This document shows, one piece after another, positions 19,829 through 30,036 of a stretch of 64,000 nt of DNA. Source of the DNA: Gammaproteobacteria bacterium (GTDB taxonomy: Bacteria > Pseudomonadota > Gammaproteobacteria > CBDBNL01 > JAAOII01); contig CBDBPY010000001.1 in assembly GCA_965209035.1 (NCBI GenBank), forward strand, positions 1 through 64,000, read 5' to 3'. The notes under the pieces are model-generated. The model worked only from the letters and a program-made list of their open reading frames with translations. It did no database searches and was not told the origin of the DNA. The stretch's first letter is position 1; every line of letters begins with the position of its first letter. Both the position numbers and the translations under genes were made by a program.

Positions 19829-20409
19829 CTCTCAACCCCCTCTTCGTATTCTCTCGAATCAAGCCCCACCTCATTCAGACGACCCAACGAATCAACTTCA
19901 ACACCCCTCGAATCCAACAATCCGCTCGTCGTCTGCATCGCGCCCGAAGCCCGCACCGGTAAACGCGCCTCATTCATCAATCGACTCAATTCCTGAGACC
20001 TCTTCATCATCCCCTCGCAAAACTCTTCCAGCGCCAGCCCCAACGCCGTCGTGTGCAAGCGCGGCGGCTCTAACCCCATCGATCTCGCTATTTCCAACAG
20101 CAAATCATCAACCCTATGATTGCCAAAAACATCTCGCGCCCTCTTTTTCGACAATATCATCAACGCCCGCTTCGGAACAAACATCGATCTACGATACCCC
20201 TTACGCGCAATCAAACAACCTTCCTCCGATTTGCCCCCAGCGCCCCTCGTATTAAACTGCACGGCCACCTTGATATCGAAACCCCTCGAAAAAATTCCAC
20301 AATCTCGCAACCACGCCAAACCCAAATCATTCCCGAAAATCCTGATCCCTACGCCGGGCGGAATCCGACAATCCCCCTCGACCGAACCCCCCGCCTTCGT
20401 CATCCTCAT
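19825..20409 (-). CDS. Hypothetical protein
   Basis: ORF coupled to the portal start; codon bias matches neighbours. Confidence 0.6.
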   Translation of the reverse strand: MRMTKAGGSVEGDCRIPPGVGIRIFGNDLGLAWLRDCGIFSRGFDIKVAVQFNTRGAGGKSEEGCLIARKGYRRSMFVPKRALMILSKKRARDVFGNHRVDDLLLEIARSMGLEPPRLHTTALGLALEEFCEGMMKRSQELSRLMNEARLPVRASGAMQTTSGLLDSRGVEVDSLGRLNEVGLDSREYEEGVER

Positions 20410-20466
20410 AACGATAACGACCGACCCTCAGCAGAAAGTCCACCTATAACGCCAACGAAACGATTA

Positions 20467-20670
20467 CTACCCGCCACGACGAATCATTTTGTTCACCACT
20501 TCAATGACATCATCCATCGTCGCCCCCTCTCCAATCTCCTCAATCGGATTTTTCACCCGCGCGTCCACCCGCGCCCTCTCATTCTGCTCCAACACCTTCG
20601 TCGCCGTCGCCACCTCTTCAGGCGACGGACGAAACGGCAAAACACGCGGCGCTCGAATCATTTCATCCAT
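20467..20670 (-). CDS. Hypothetical small protein
   Basis: ATG 6 nt after GTGATATAAT; ATMDDVIEVVNKMI resembles small tail-associated proteins. Confidence 0.55.
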   Translation of the reverse strand: MDEMIRAPRVLPFRPSPEEVATATKVLEQNERARVDARVKNPIEEIGEGATMDDVIEVVNKMIRRGG

Positions 20671-20713
20671 TCGACGATTATATCACCCCATCAGTCAGTT
20701 CGAAATCCACAAC

Positions 20714-22354
20714 TCACCTATTACCGGAATGGATATTCTTTAAACTTCTCGCCACATCCGATATCGATATCTCCTCCAACGACACATTGCCCTCCACAAC
20801 CGCCGACACAATATCACGCTTTCTTTTCTGCGGCAAAGCCGTCTCCTCCGAATCCCTCGGATTAATAAGTCGCCTGATAACACTACCCCCTGCTGATATC
20901 ACGCTCACATCCAAATCATTCTCCGCCACCCGCAAGCCGCCGTCTATGCCCGACTCGAATTCCTCCGCCGCTCCCAACGACGAATACATCAATCCCCCCA
21001 ACCCCAACGGATTCACTCGCCGCGAAACCGACTCCGAACCCAATCCTTTCCATCTCACCCTCAACTTGCTGTGCGTCTCCTTCGCCGGCAACCTGTTGTC
21101 CCTCCACCTCCAACGCATTCGCTTATACCCCGAACCCTCGCTCATTCGATACACCGAACGACCACGCAAGCCATAAACACTTCCTCCCCACGACATAAAT
21201 TGCAGCCAATCACCCGACAAAGTCGTTATCTCACCGCCCGCCTCAAAATCCATCATCCACGCCTTGCCCGCCCCCAACGCCCAATACTCACTCTCACGAC
21301 CGCCAGCGGATAACGGCAAATACGCCCCGAATGTCTCCCGATCAAATTGCTCCATCGTCCGTAAGCCCGAACGAATCCCCACTATCCCCGTCCGCGAAGG
21401 ATACAGCAAATCCCCCCCCACTCGCGCCACCCCGCCCGGCGCAACGCACGGATACGATATCTCCGTCTCTCTACGAACCACCGATTGCGGTATATCACCC
21501 GACAGAACCTGCGGCGGCAATCCATCCACAAAAATCAAAATCTCCGACGCATACTCCTCCGCCCCTATCACACCTCCACGAACACGAACGAAAAATGAAC
21601 TCGGAAACTCACCCGGAAAATCCGTCTCCGAAAGAAACAATCCCTCACTCGTCGACACCACCAACCAACCATTCGGATGCAACGAAACATCCAACGCCTT
21701 CATATCCGACGGCCTCGCCAAATCCTGCGTCGAACGCAATCGACCCGTTTCACCCAAACTCCTCACCACCCCAACACCAATCAACGGCGAAAACGAACCA
21801 ACCTCACCCCAAAAACCAGCCCCTAATCTATGATAAACAACCGCCGCCACAATGTCCTCTTCTTCTATCCCCTCCGGCGGCGAAAACGAAAACGAAAATA
21901 TCGACCCCGCCCTCGCATCGGCCGAAATCACCTGCAACGAACCCTCCTCTCCCCACCTGTTCCTCCACGACAAACCAAAAGAATGACGAAACTCCTCTCC
22001 CGCACCCCCCTCGTGCGAAACCGAAAAATCACCCTCCGGACGACTTATCGGCAACGAACCGGATGAACCGCCCGCGCCGAAAAACTTCAACCTCCCCTCC
22101 TCCACATAAAACACCCGATCCCCAAACGACACCGGACGAACCCTGTTTGACACCCCCGAAAAACCATCGGGCGTAGGGCAGAAATATCTCTTTTCACCCT
22201 CCAAACCGCTCACAAACAACGCCTCCCGCAACGGCGAAACACTCCGCGAACGAAACACGCAATCAATCGCTTCCACCGCCGCACCCAACGGCAGATTCGT
22301 CGACGCTATCTTCGGAAAAATCCCCCTGAAATGCCTCACCGATAGCGTTGTCAT
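20714..22354 (-). CDS. Tail nozzle / head-stabilisation protein (933W-like)
   Basis: N-terminal FRGIFPKI...LP..AAV.AIDC.F pattern; beta-propeller-like repeats. Confidence 0.7.
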   Translation of the reverse strand: MTTLSVRHFRGIFPKIASTNLPLGAAVEAIDCVFRSRSVSPLREALFVSGLEGEKRYFCPTPDGFSGVSNRVRPVSFGDRVFYVEEGRLKFFGAGGSSGSLPISRPEGDFSVSHEGGAGEEFRHSFGLSWRNRWGEEGSLQVISADARAGSIFSFSFSPPEGIEEEDIVAAVVYHRLGAGFWGEVGSFSPLIGVGVVRSLGETGRLRSTQDLARPSDMKALDVSLHPNGWLVVSTSEGLFLSETDFPGEFPSSFFVRVRGGVIGAEEYASEILIFVDGLPPQVLSGDIPQSVVRRETEISYPCVAPGGVARVGGDLLYPSRTGIVGIRSGLRTMEQFDRETFGAYLPLSAGGRESEYWALGAGKAWMMDFEAGGEITTLSGDWLQFMSWGGSVYGLRGRSVYRMSEGSGYKRMRWRWRDNRLPAKETHSKLRVRWKGLGSESVSRRVNPLGLGGLMYSSLGAAEEFESGIDGGLRVAENDLDVSVISAGGSVIRRLINPRDSEETALPQKRKRDIVSAVVEGNVSLEEISISDVARSLKNIHSGNR

Positions 22355-23406
22355 CAGCGCACCTCCACTCTCAACTCCGCGTCATAACGCGAAAACGCCG
22401 ACCACACCCGATAAATCACACCGCAGTTATTCACCGTATCCCTCTCAATCAGACCCAACAGCACATTGTCATCCTCATAATCCGCGTTGAGCCACTCGAA
22501 ACCGCTCACCGAACCAACCGGAATCCAAAGGAAGATATACGAATCCCGATCGTCCGAACCAATCGAAATAACACTCCCCGACTTCACCGAACCCCGCCGA
22601 ACCAAATCACCCTCCGATGATCCCGACTCATCGTCGCTACGACCATAAATAATCTCCACCTCCGACGACCCCGAATCACGACCCACATCCCCGTCAAGAC
22701 GACTTTGCAAATACTCCTCTCTCGTTCTCCCACGACCCAACACCGTCCCCGCCGTGTCAAGCGACGGACGATCAATCGGCAACAAGCGATGAAACTGCCG
22801 CGAATAAAATTCGGGAGTCATCCGACGATCACCGTAATACATCGAACCCCCAATCTCCCCCAACTTCCACAACACGCACAAAATTAACGCCTGCTCGTTC
22901 GCCTCATATATCGCATCGTCAATCTCTCCGTCAAGCGGAATCCGACGATACGACACCAACAAATCACCAGGCACACGGCGCGATAAACTCGCCTCCCAAA
23001 ACCAATCACCTCCTATCTGTATCCGACGACGCGACACCAACAGCGACTTCAACGAATCATCCCCGCAAAACCTCTCCGGCCGCAACCAAATCCCCGAATC
23101 ACGATCCAAACGACCCCCCTGCAACTCACCATCCGTCCAATACGAACCGCGCCAAAAATCGACCAAGTGCAAAAGAACATCGTCCTCAAACAAACCCGCC
23201 CCAAAATAAAACGACGAATCATTGCGACGCGCCGGAAAACCACTCGCCCCTTTCGCAAGAACTTGCTCGTAAATCGGAACGCCCTGCACCTTCTCATAGT
23301 GCCGTATCGCCCGCTTCGCCGCCGACTCCAAAAAAGCCATCGGCGCATCCGGCCTCGTGAAAGGCCGCACCGCCGACGCCAAGCGACTAATCGTCGTCAC
23401 ACTCAA
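22354..23406 (-). CDS. Head-tail adaptor-like protein
   Basis: N-terminal VRPF..PDAP..FLE.A.KRA pattern and position before the nozzle gene. Confidence 0.55.
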   Translation of the reverse strand: MSVTTISRLASAVRPFTRPDAPMAFLESAAKRAIRHYEKVQGVPIYEQVLAKGASGFPARRNDSSFYFGAGLFEDDVLLHLVDFWRGSYWTDGELQGGRLDRDSGIWLRPERFCGDDSLKSLLVSRRRIQIGGDWFWEASLSRRVPGDLLVSYRRIPLDGEIDDAIYEANEQALILCVLWKLGEIGGSMYYGDRRMTPEFYSRQFHRLLPIDRPSLDTAGTVLGRGRTREEYLQSRLDGDVGRDSGSSEVEIIYGRSDDESGSSEGDLVRRGSVKSGSVISIGSDDRDSYIFLWIPVGSVSGFEWLNADYEDDNVLLGLIERDTVNNCGVIYRVWSAFSRYDAELRVEVR

Positions 23407-23801
23407 ACTCTCCCCGATTGAGAATCTTCCCCAATCTGTTGCGCCGTCTCCGGCCTCGCCCCCGATTGATTAATCCTCTCCGCGCGGCGAACCGTCGCGT
23501 CAAGCAACTTCGGCAAGTATTGTAAATGCATCGGAATCTCCGATTCCAATAGCCGCGTCCGCGAATCCTTACCCTCTTCCACTTCCTCTCCCGCAGGCGG
23601 CAAGCGCAAACCATTGAACCATCCGTCCGCCCCCTCCATCTCAAAAATACAAATCGGCGACGCGCCGATTAATGTCAAGCCAGCATTGCGGACATCCGCC
23701 ACAATCGAATCGTCGCTGTTGGCGACTTCTTCGATTCCGTCGTCATCAACAGCATCCCGCACCTTCGCGCGAACATCGCCAATAATCTCCCGCAATCTCA
23801 T
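23403..23801 (-). CDS. Head-completion/adaptor-like protein
   Basis: MRLREIIGDVRAKVRD...SDD.IV..V.NA pattern and synteny. Confidence 0.5.
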   Translation of the reverse strand: MRLREIIGDVRAKVRDAVDDDGIEEVANSDDSIVADVRNAGLTLIGASPICIFEMEGADGWFNGLRLPPAGEEVEEGKDSRTRLLESEIPMHLQYLPKLLDATVRRAERINQSGARPETAQQIGEDSQSGRV

Positions 23802-23968
23802 AGCCAAGAGATTATACCCGCCGCCGCGCTCTTATTTGCGCGGGCAGGGCTTTTTTTTGCCTTTTTTGCTCTTCTTCATCATCGCTTCTTCGCCGCCGGC
23901 TTTTTGCCGCTCGACGAATTCCGACGAGTCGGATTGCAACCAATACGAAAATATCGTATCTGGCAGAT

Positions 23969-24169
23969 TCACTTCTTCCGACCCTGACCCTTCGCGCGAG
24001 ACGCAAGAAAATCTTTCGCCTCTTTCTGAGTCAACTGAACGCTGATATGCATCGAGCCGCTGAACTTCTCCGGCTTCGGATATGACATCACGCGACACGC
24101 CTTAACCGCCGGCTTCTTCGCCGCCGGCTTCTTGCCGCCCGACGACTTCATCGACTTCATCGACTTCAC
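23969..24169 (-). CDS. Small very basic protein (KKPAAKK)
   Basis: GTGA-coupled start; histone-H1-like motif. Confidence 0.55.
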   Translation of the reverse strand: MKSMKSMKSSGGKKPAAKKPAVKACRVMSYPKPEKFSGSMHISVQLTQKEAKDFLASRAKGQGRKK

Positions 24170-24726
24170 TTCTTCCGACCCCGACCCGTAATCGAAATCT
24201 CCGCGTTATCCAACGCCTCACGCAACGGCTTCGCGCGACCCGGCATACTCCGACGGCCCCAATTGTAAACCGAAATCAACAACTCATTGTTGCCATCCTC
24301 AATCTGCGTTTCCGCCCACGACCGCATTTCCACTTCCGACATCAGAAATATCTCACGATATTCCACCACCGGCTCGTCTCCGTCCTCCAACTCTTTCCAA
24401 GCCGCCTGACGACCCTTCTGCGACGACTTCTCCTGATTCTCACGAAACCACTCAACCGCCCTTTCGTTGTCGACATTCGCCACCATCGCGCCGCTCGAAT
24501 TCATCTCGAAACGCGCAATATACACCTCTCCACCCCCAATCGGGATTTCATAACTCGAACTCGCTTGAGACCCCTGCGTCGAAGCCAAAACGAAACGAAC
24601 CACTTGCGGGGATTCCTCCTCCACAGGCGACTCATTGCCATCAACCGGCGGCTTCGGCTTCGGCTTCGAAGGCGGATTCGTTTTCGGATCTTTCTTCATC
24701 TCTCTCCCCTTATTCCGACGCGACAA
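24166..24726 (-). CDS. Hypothetical protein in the head module
   Basis: ORF with matching codon bias. Confidence 0.6.
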   Translation of the reverse strand: MSRRNKGREMKKDPKTNPPSKPKPKPPVDGNESPVEEESPQVVRFVLASTQGSQASSSYEIPIGGGEVYIARFEMNSSGAMVANVDNERAVEWFRENQEKSSQKGRQAAWKELEDGDEPVVEYREIFLMSEVEMRSWAETQIEDGNNELLISVYNWGRRSMPGRAKPLREALDNAEISITGRGRKK

Positions 24727-25168
24727 TAATCACCACGCGCAACACCGCATCGCTTCCCGGAGCCGCGCCAAACCGCAAACGCAAAATACGACTCTTGCCG
24801 TCATCGCTACGCCGAATAACGCCCCCCACGCTTTTCGTCTTTTTGCCTGCAACATCCGCCGCATTAAACAGCGCCGACTCCGAATTCGAAGTCGTGACCG
24901 CCGCCGTTTTGCCCGTAAGAGGCGGCGCAATCTCGAATTTGTGGCCATCACCCGTAAGCGTCCCATCATTCGTCGCAACGAGAATTTCCGCAACCGATAT
25001 GCGCGGTTGCAATACCACCAAATCCACATAGTCCCCCGCCGCCAGATCCGTCCCGCCGTTTTGCGACTTCAAATTCGCCAGCGAAATGCTCAGTCGGGGG
25101 CGCGCCATAAGCCCCCCCAAATCCGTAATAGCCGGCGCAGAACTGCCGACTAATTCCAAGTTTGCCAT
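24710..25168 (-). CDS. Capsid-associated (decoration/cement-like) protein
   Basis: Strong CAGGAG RBS, directly downstream of the MCP, beta-rich. Confidence 0.6.
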   Translation of the reverse strand: MANLELVGSSAPAITDLGGLMARPRLSISLANLKSQNGGTDLAAGDYVDLVVLQPRISVAEILVATNDGTLTGDGHKFEIAPPLTGKTAAVTTSNSESALFNAADVAGKKTKSVGGVIRRSDDGKSRILRLRFGAAPGSDAVLRVVIIVASE

Positions 25169-25192
25169 CGTTTTGACTCCTGTTGTTGTAGG

Positions 25193-26611
25193 TTAAAGGT
25201 CGTTCGGGCCGCGTGTGCCGGAATAGGACATATCGACGCGCATTACGCCCGGCGTGAACTTTCTCAAATCGCCCGCCGAATCCCGAACGCCGCCCGGAAT
25301 CGACAAACCATCCTTGTAGTCGTAGCGCGGAATCGTCGCGCCCGCGATCGTGTCCGCAACCAAGATCGCCTGCTTGCCCTTCGCCTGACTTTCCATCCGA
25401 ATCTGCCAGTCCATTCCGCCCTTCACATCCTTGTATTGCTCGACCAAACGGCCGCGGAAACGAATATCGCGCTTGTCCTGACGCTGACCGTAAACGATCG
25501 CTTTCTGCCCGAAAAACGGACACATCGCCACGCGAGTCGTCCCCGCCGTGCCGCCCCAACGCTTCGGAAACGAACCCCGATGCGGCACAACCAAAACATT
25601 GCCGATCTTGCCTACATCGTGCGTCTCGAAAACTTTCCCAAGAGAACCCGCCGCCGCAAGCATATAGTCCGACCAACTATTGTCGCCCAACTCGTTCGAC
25701 AAATCGAATAGCGCCTCTTCCGGCACGATCAACATATAGTCCGCGCCACCCTTCATTCCTTGCGGAGTCCGAAACATCGGGCGTTCGAAATCCCAATTCC
25801 AAGTTTCCTGAGTCAACCCCGAAACCGAGCTCGACAACCGACGCAGAAACGACAGATTCAACCGATGACTAACCGAAGTCCCCGATGCCCCAACGCCAAA
25901 TCCGCCCGCCGCATAATACTCCGCTCCCACCTCCGGCCGTTGCATTATGTTCCACGCAGGCGCGGCGCTTGCGTTGTCCGACCAGTCGGGAGTCGACCAA
26001 GCCGCAATTGCCATCTCCGGCGGCTTAAATTCATTCGCGTCGCGCAACGATTGATATCGCTGAACATCTCCCGTGTCCAACTCGACGAAACAATTCATCC
26101 GCGCCGCGCCGCGCTCACCCGCCCAAACCAACATCAGGTATTCGCACCAGAATTTATCCATCCAGCCCATCATTTGATCCAGCGCGTCCATCGCTTGATC
26201 CATATTCACAAGATCGGCACGCAAACGATCATTGATCAACTCGTCAGGAGCATTAATCTCCACCATCGACAGATCAAAACTCGTCAACGCCGTCAAATTC
26301 GGCGCTTTGCGAGTATCCGCTCTCTCCAACGGGCCCCCTTTCGGAGAAGGAATGTCCGCGTCCGCTATGCGCGGAAACTTGAAAATACCGCGAAATCTTT
26401 CCGCCTTCTGATCGAAGGTCGTCAAACGCGCGATCGGCGTTTCGCACCTCTGGCTGATATCCGTAATCGGAGTAATCAGACCCAAATCCCGCAAGTAATT
26501 GGGATCGCGTCCGCTTGGGCGGCGGTTGCGTTGCACCATTCCCCATATCGTGCGGGCGAGCGGGCTTCCTACTTGAAAAGCGGCATTGCCGCCAGAATTT
26601 ACACTTGGCAT
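25193..26611 (-). CDS. Major capsid protein (DUF4043/N4-gp56-like, divergent)
   Basis: YMLIVPEEALFDL...W...AA...F....GKIGNVLV...FFGQKAIVYG pattern; TGATACAAT promoter at 26668-26676. Confidence 0.75.
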   Translation of the reverse strand: MPSVNSGGNAAFQVGSPLARTIWGMVQRNRRPSGRDPNYLRDLGLITPITDISQRCETPIARLTTFDQKAERFRGIFKFPRIADADIPSPKGGPLERADTRKAPNLTALTSFDLSMVEINAPDELINDRLRADLVNMDQAMDALDQMMGWMDKFWCEYLMLVWAGERGAARMNCFVELDTGDVQRYQSLRDANEFKPPEMAIAAWSTPDWSDNASAAPAWNIMQRPEVGAEYYAAGGFGVGASGTSVSHRLNLSFLRRLSSSVSGLTQETWNWDFERPMFRTPQGMKGGADYMLIVPEEALFDLSNELGDNSWSDYMLAAAGSLGKVFETHDVGKIGNVLVVPHRGSFPKRWGGTAGTTRVAMCPFFGQKAIVYGQRQDKRDIRFRGRLVEQYKDVKGGMDWQIRMESQAKGKQAILVADTIAGATIPRYDYKDGLSIPGGVRDSAGDLRKFTPGVMRVDMSYSGTRGPNDL

Positions 26612-26703
26612 TTCCCCAATCCTTTTTTCGTCGGAGAAAATCGCACATATCCTAGGCGATAAATATGATTGTATCAAAGAAAAATCAAAAATGCAAATCG
26701 AAA

Positions 26704-27459
26704 CTATCGACCGCTATTCATCCTTTTCAACCACCTCCTCTCACGATTGACGCGCAACCGAATCGGGAGTTCTACAAAATCCCCGATCGAATCGAAACGC
26801 TCCACTTTCTCCAAGCGCGCCGAATCGTTTTTATGTTGCGCCGCCTTCAACGCAAAAAACGCTTCCGCTCCCTGAAAACGAGTCGCGCAACCGCGCCCCA
26901 ACACATACTTGAAAAAATCAAGCGCCCCACCCTCAACAGGCAAACGGAAAACGCCGCGCTTCCCTTTCCTTACATCGTGCAAAGCGCTCCCTCTCACCAC
27001 CCTGCGTAAATATCCCGCTCCCTCCTCCCATACACCATCGACACAAACCACAAAACACGGAAAACCAGCCCGCTCGCGCGACCACGAAACCCGTATCTCT
27101 TGCTCCCACCTCGACAACCTCTCGCTCACCCCCGAAGCGTAATCCTTCGGCAACTCCAATAACGGCATAATCCGACGACGCAACTCCACCGAATCCTCAC
27201 CCCCCATCATTCTCACCATCGCCGAACAAGCGTTCCGAAGCGGGCGAAGCAACGACGACTTCTCCCCCCGATGACAATCCGCGCAAAACGGCGCAAGATC
27301 CAGCAAATCGTCAGAACGACGACCACCATACATAACAGTATGGTCTATCTCAACCGGCCTCTTGCCGCAAATCAAGCACGGAAAATCCCAAGCGCCAGCC
27401 CGCTTTAAGACCTCCCTTACTTTTGGCAACAGCGGGCGCGAAAGCCCCAAACCGCTCAT
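26704..27459 (-). CDS. HNH/Ref-like zinc-binding nuclease-domain protein
   Basis: CLICG...EIDH...APFCADCHR. Confidence 0.6.
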   Translation of the reverse strand: MSGLGLSRPLLPKVREVLKRAGAWDFPCLICGKRPVEIDHTVMYGGRRSDDLLDLAPFCADCHRGEKSSLLRPLRNACSAMVRMMGGEDSVELRRRIMPLLELPKDYASGVSERLSRWEQEIRVSWSRERAGFPCFVVCVDGVWEEGAGYLRRVVRGSALHDVRKGKRGVFRLPVEGGALDFFKYVLGRGCATRFQGAEAFFALKAAQHKNDSARLEKVERFDSIGDFVELPIRLRVNRERRWLKRMNSGR

Positions 27460-28586
27460 CGAGCGCGGGCTTTTTTCGCGGGCTTTTTTGCCGCCTTGCG
27501 CGACGCTTTTTTGGCCGGCTTCTTCGCCGACAAACCCTCCGTCACCGGGCGATTTGAACGCAAATCGCTCATATCAGGATCGACCCTTTTGCTCGCCGCT
27601 TTCTTCGCCGCCGCAACCGGCTTTTTGAGATTGTCGACAATACCCTGCCCGCGGTCGTCTCTCGACCGACGAATTGCTTGCGCCCACTTTTTGCCTTCAC
27701 GGTTGGCGCGCCCCGCTTTCACCAATCCAGAAACCGCCCGCACCGCCGCTTTGCCAGCCTTGTAAGCAGCCCCGCCGCCCACCATAAACGCCGCGTCAAT
27801 AACCGCGCCCGGCCCCAACCCGACCTCGCGCCGCGTTTTTTTCTTATAATCCTCCCATTCCCGAACAACGCGCGGATTCGACTTCGGCTCATTCCCCCCC
27901 GCCGAAACTCGGCGCGGCGACGAACCATATTCTCCACCAGACGGATAGCCAACTTCCGCCCGCTTTTTCGCCGCTGTTTTTTTCGCCGCCGGCTTCTTCG
28001 CCGCCGGCTTTATCGCGGGCGAAGAGCCATACTCTCCTCCTTTGGGATAACCAATAACACGCCCCGACGACGGATAACCCACCTTCGGCTTGACCCGCTT
28101 TTTCGCGGGCGTTTTCGCCGCCATAGGAACAGGCCTCGATTTCGAACCTTTCGCTGGCATAGGAACAGGACTCGCTTTCGCCCCCGCCCTCGCAGGCATC
28201 GTCGAGTATCCCGACGGACGCGGCGACGGACGCGGCGACGGAGACGGAGACGGACGCGGAGTCAATGTCTTCGCCCCCGCCTTCCGCGAACGATCATCCG
28301 CCGCCGCGCTCCGCGATCTCGCGCTCGGCGAACCGCCGCGAACGAACGAATCCCCCGCCAACATATCACGAATGCTTACCGCTTCCGCCCTATTCTTTTT
28401 CGCCTTATTCTCCGCCTGCAATTGCTTCGCAGTCAAAAAATCAGGCGGCGAAAACGCCTTGTCGCTTTGAGCAAGGCGATCCCTCTTTTTTTTCGGCGCG
28501 TCCTTACGACCCGCACTCGGCGCATAACCCGCAGGGCGGGGCGAATACGCCCTGCCGCTACTACCAAGACGGCTATTACGCTTCAT
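27456..28586 (-). CDS. Histone-H1-like very basic low-complexity protein
   Basis: KPAAKKPAAKKTAAKKR, SPSPSPRPSPRPS, duplicated GYP.GGEYGSSP and PVPM.AK. Confidence 0.65.
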   Translation of the reverse strand: MKRNSRLGSSGRAYSPRPAGYAPSAGRKDAPKKKRDRLAQSDKAFSPPDFLTAKQLQAENKAKKNRAEAVSIRDMLAGDSFVRGGSPSARSRSAAADDRSRKAGAKTLTPRPSPSPSPRPSPRPSGYSTMPARAGAKASPVPMPAKGSKSRPVPMAAKTPAKKRVKPKVGYPSSGRVIGYPKGGEYGSSPAIKPAAKKPAAKKTAAKKRAEVGYPSGGEYGSSPRRVSAGGNEPKSNPRVVREWEDYKKKTRREVGLGPGAVIDAAFMVGGGAAYKAGKAAVRAVSGLVKAGRANREGKKWAQAIRRSRDDRGQGIVDNLKKPVAAAKKAASKRVDPDMSDLRSNRPVTEGLSAKKPAKKASRKAAKKPAKKARAR

Positions 28587-28981
28587 TTTGCGACCCCCGA
28601 CAAAACACGCTCGAATGCCTCACCCGGACGATCCCTTTGGCACACAAAAACCGCCACCGGCAACTTAAAACGCGCCACAAAATCCGCCGCGCGTTGCGCC
28701 GCCTTTCGCGTCTTTTTCTCGATCTTCCCCCTCGCCGTGCCATACAATATCACCGCCGCCTGAAAACCCTCCGCCTTCGACGGCGACACAAGCGCGTCCA
28801 GCGCGTCGCATACCGCTTCAATGCCCGACTTTTCCGTATACGCAAGCCGTATCTCCGCTATCACACCCGCTTCGCGGTTGTATATGTCGACCCTGTTCCC
28901 CGGCTTCACCAGATAACCCCGCTTCGTTTCCGACGCGCTTATCGCTTGCGCGATTTTTTGTTCCACTTTTTTCATTTGCAT
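28583..28981 (-). CDS. Hypothetical protein, possible degenerate PD-(D/E)xK fold
   Basis: RVDI...IAEI...EAV.DAL...AAVILY pattern. Confidence 0.5.
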   Translation of the reverse strand: MQMKKVEQKIAQAISASETKRGYLVKPGNRVDIYNREAGVIAEIRLAYTEKSGIEAVCDALDALVSPSKAEGFQAAVILYGTARGKIEKKTRKAAQRAADFVARFKLPVAVFVCQRDRPGEAFERVLSGVAK

Positions 28982-29511
28982 TGTCCTCGCCCAAGAAGGC
29001 AGTCCAGTTTAATACTCTCCGCTTCGTCAAACGAAAGCCCCCAACGAATCTTTGTCCTCACCCACAAAATCGCATACTCCTCCCAAAAAAGACGATTCGT
29101 CGGCATCCATTTCGACGGATCACGATCTCCCTTGCTCCGATTCGAACTCGACGAAACCGCTATCAGATTCTTTTCGTCATTCCGAAACTCCCTTTTTTTC
29201 GCGGCGGCGAAAGAACTCGCCCCGCTCTCGTGCGCCTCTCCCAAAGGCACTATGTGGTCTATGTCAAGGCGCAACGGATTCGAAAATGTCAAGCCCGTAT
29301 ACGGATCGAACCACTTGCCGCGCGAAACCCTGCATTTGTCCTCGCCCGAAAACGAAACCGGAATAAGCGAATCCCGAATCAGTATCTCCTGCCGCGTGTT
29401 TTGGCAATCGCCATCAGCGTCAATCCAACGACCATAATCCGCGCGACGATAATCGCCGGCGAAAGAAACCGACGAAAAAAGAAACACAAACGCCAAAAGC
29501 CGAAAAAGCAT
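28972..29511 (-). CDS. Secreted HNH nuclease (DUF1524-like)
   Basis: Signal peptide MLFRLLAFVFLFSSVSFA; WIDADGDCQNTR, LDIDHIVPL, NLIAVSSSSNRSKGD. Confidence 0.85.
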   Translation of the reverse strand: MLFRLLAFVFLFSSVSFAGDYRRADYGRWIDADGDCQNTRQEILIRDSLIPVSFSGEDKCRVSRGKWFDPYTGLTFSNPLRLDIDHIVPLGEAHESGASSFAAAKKREFRNDEKNLIAVSSSSNRSKGDRDPSKWMPTNRLFWEEYAILWVRTKIRWGLSFDEAESIKLDCLLGRGQCK

Positions 29512-29559
29512 TTTGGCGATGATACAACAAATCACGCCTTCTTCAAAAACCGGCGCGGG

Positions 29560-30036
29560 TTATCGGCGCAATTCATAAATGCCAGCCGAAACTCCTTTCG
29601 CTTTTTGCGTCGCCTCGATGAAATTGAAGCGATCGATATAAAACCGCGTCATCGGATCTTTCGCTATGAAAATTATGCCCCCTCTGATTTGCGCGGCAAT
29701 CATATGCGACCACTCGTCGCCGTCATCCTCCATTATCCACATACGAAAGAGCGAATACTTTCGCGTCGCGGGGATTTTCAGATTATTCGAACTACGAAAA
29801 AGCAGGCTGTTGCGGCGACCCATATGACTGATTCTTATCGAAGCATTACCCGCGCGGCGCAACCTCTTTTTCATCGTCGCGTATTTCACCCCCGACACCA
29901 CCGCACAAGCGGTTATCAGGCAACAATGCCACTTCCACCAGCCGCCCTCGCGCTTTTCGCGCAGGTAAAACTCGTGCTTCCTCTCCCCGCCGTTCGCGGC
30001 GCGCGGCGGCAAATCTTCCATCGGAGAAATTTTCAC
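29560..30036 (-). CDS. Hypothetical protein, possibly papain/C39-like
   Basis: CCLITACAVVSG..Y and downstream SHMIA...DP. Confidence 0.45.
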   Translation of the reverse strand: MKISPMEDLPPRAANGGERKHEFYLREKREGGWWKWHCCLITACAVVSGVKYATMKKRLRRAGNASIRISHMGRRNSLLFRSSNNLKIPATRKYSLFRMWIMEDDGDEWSHMIAAQIRGGIIFIAKDPMTRFYIDRFNFIEATQKAKGVSAGIYELRR

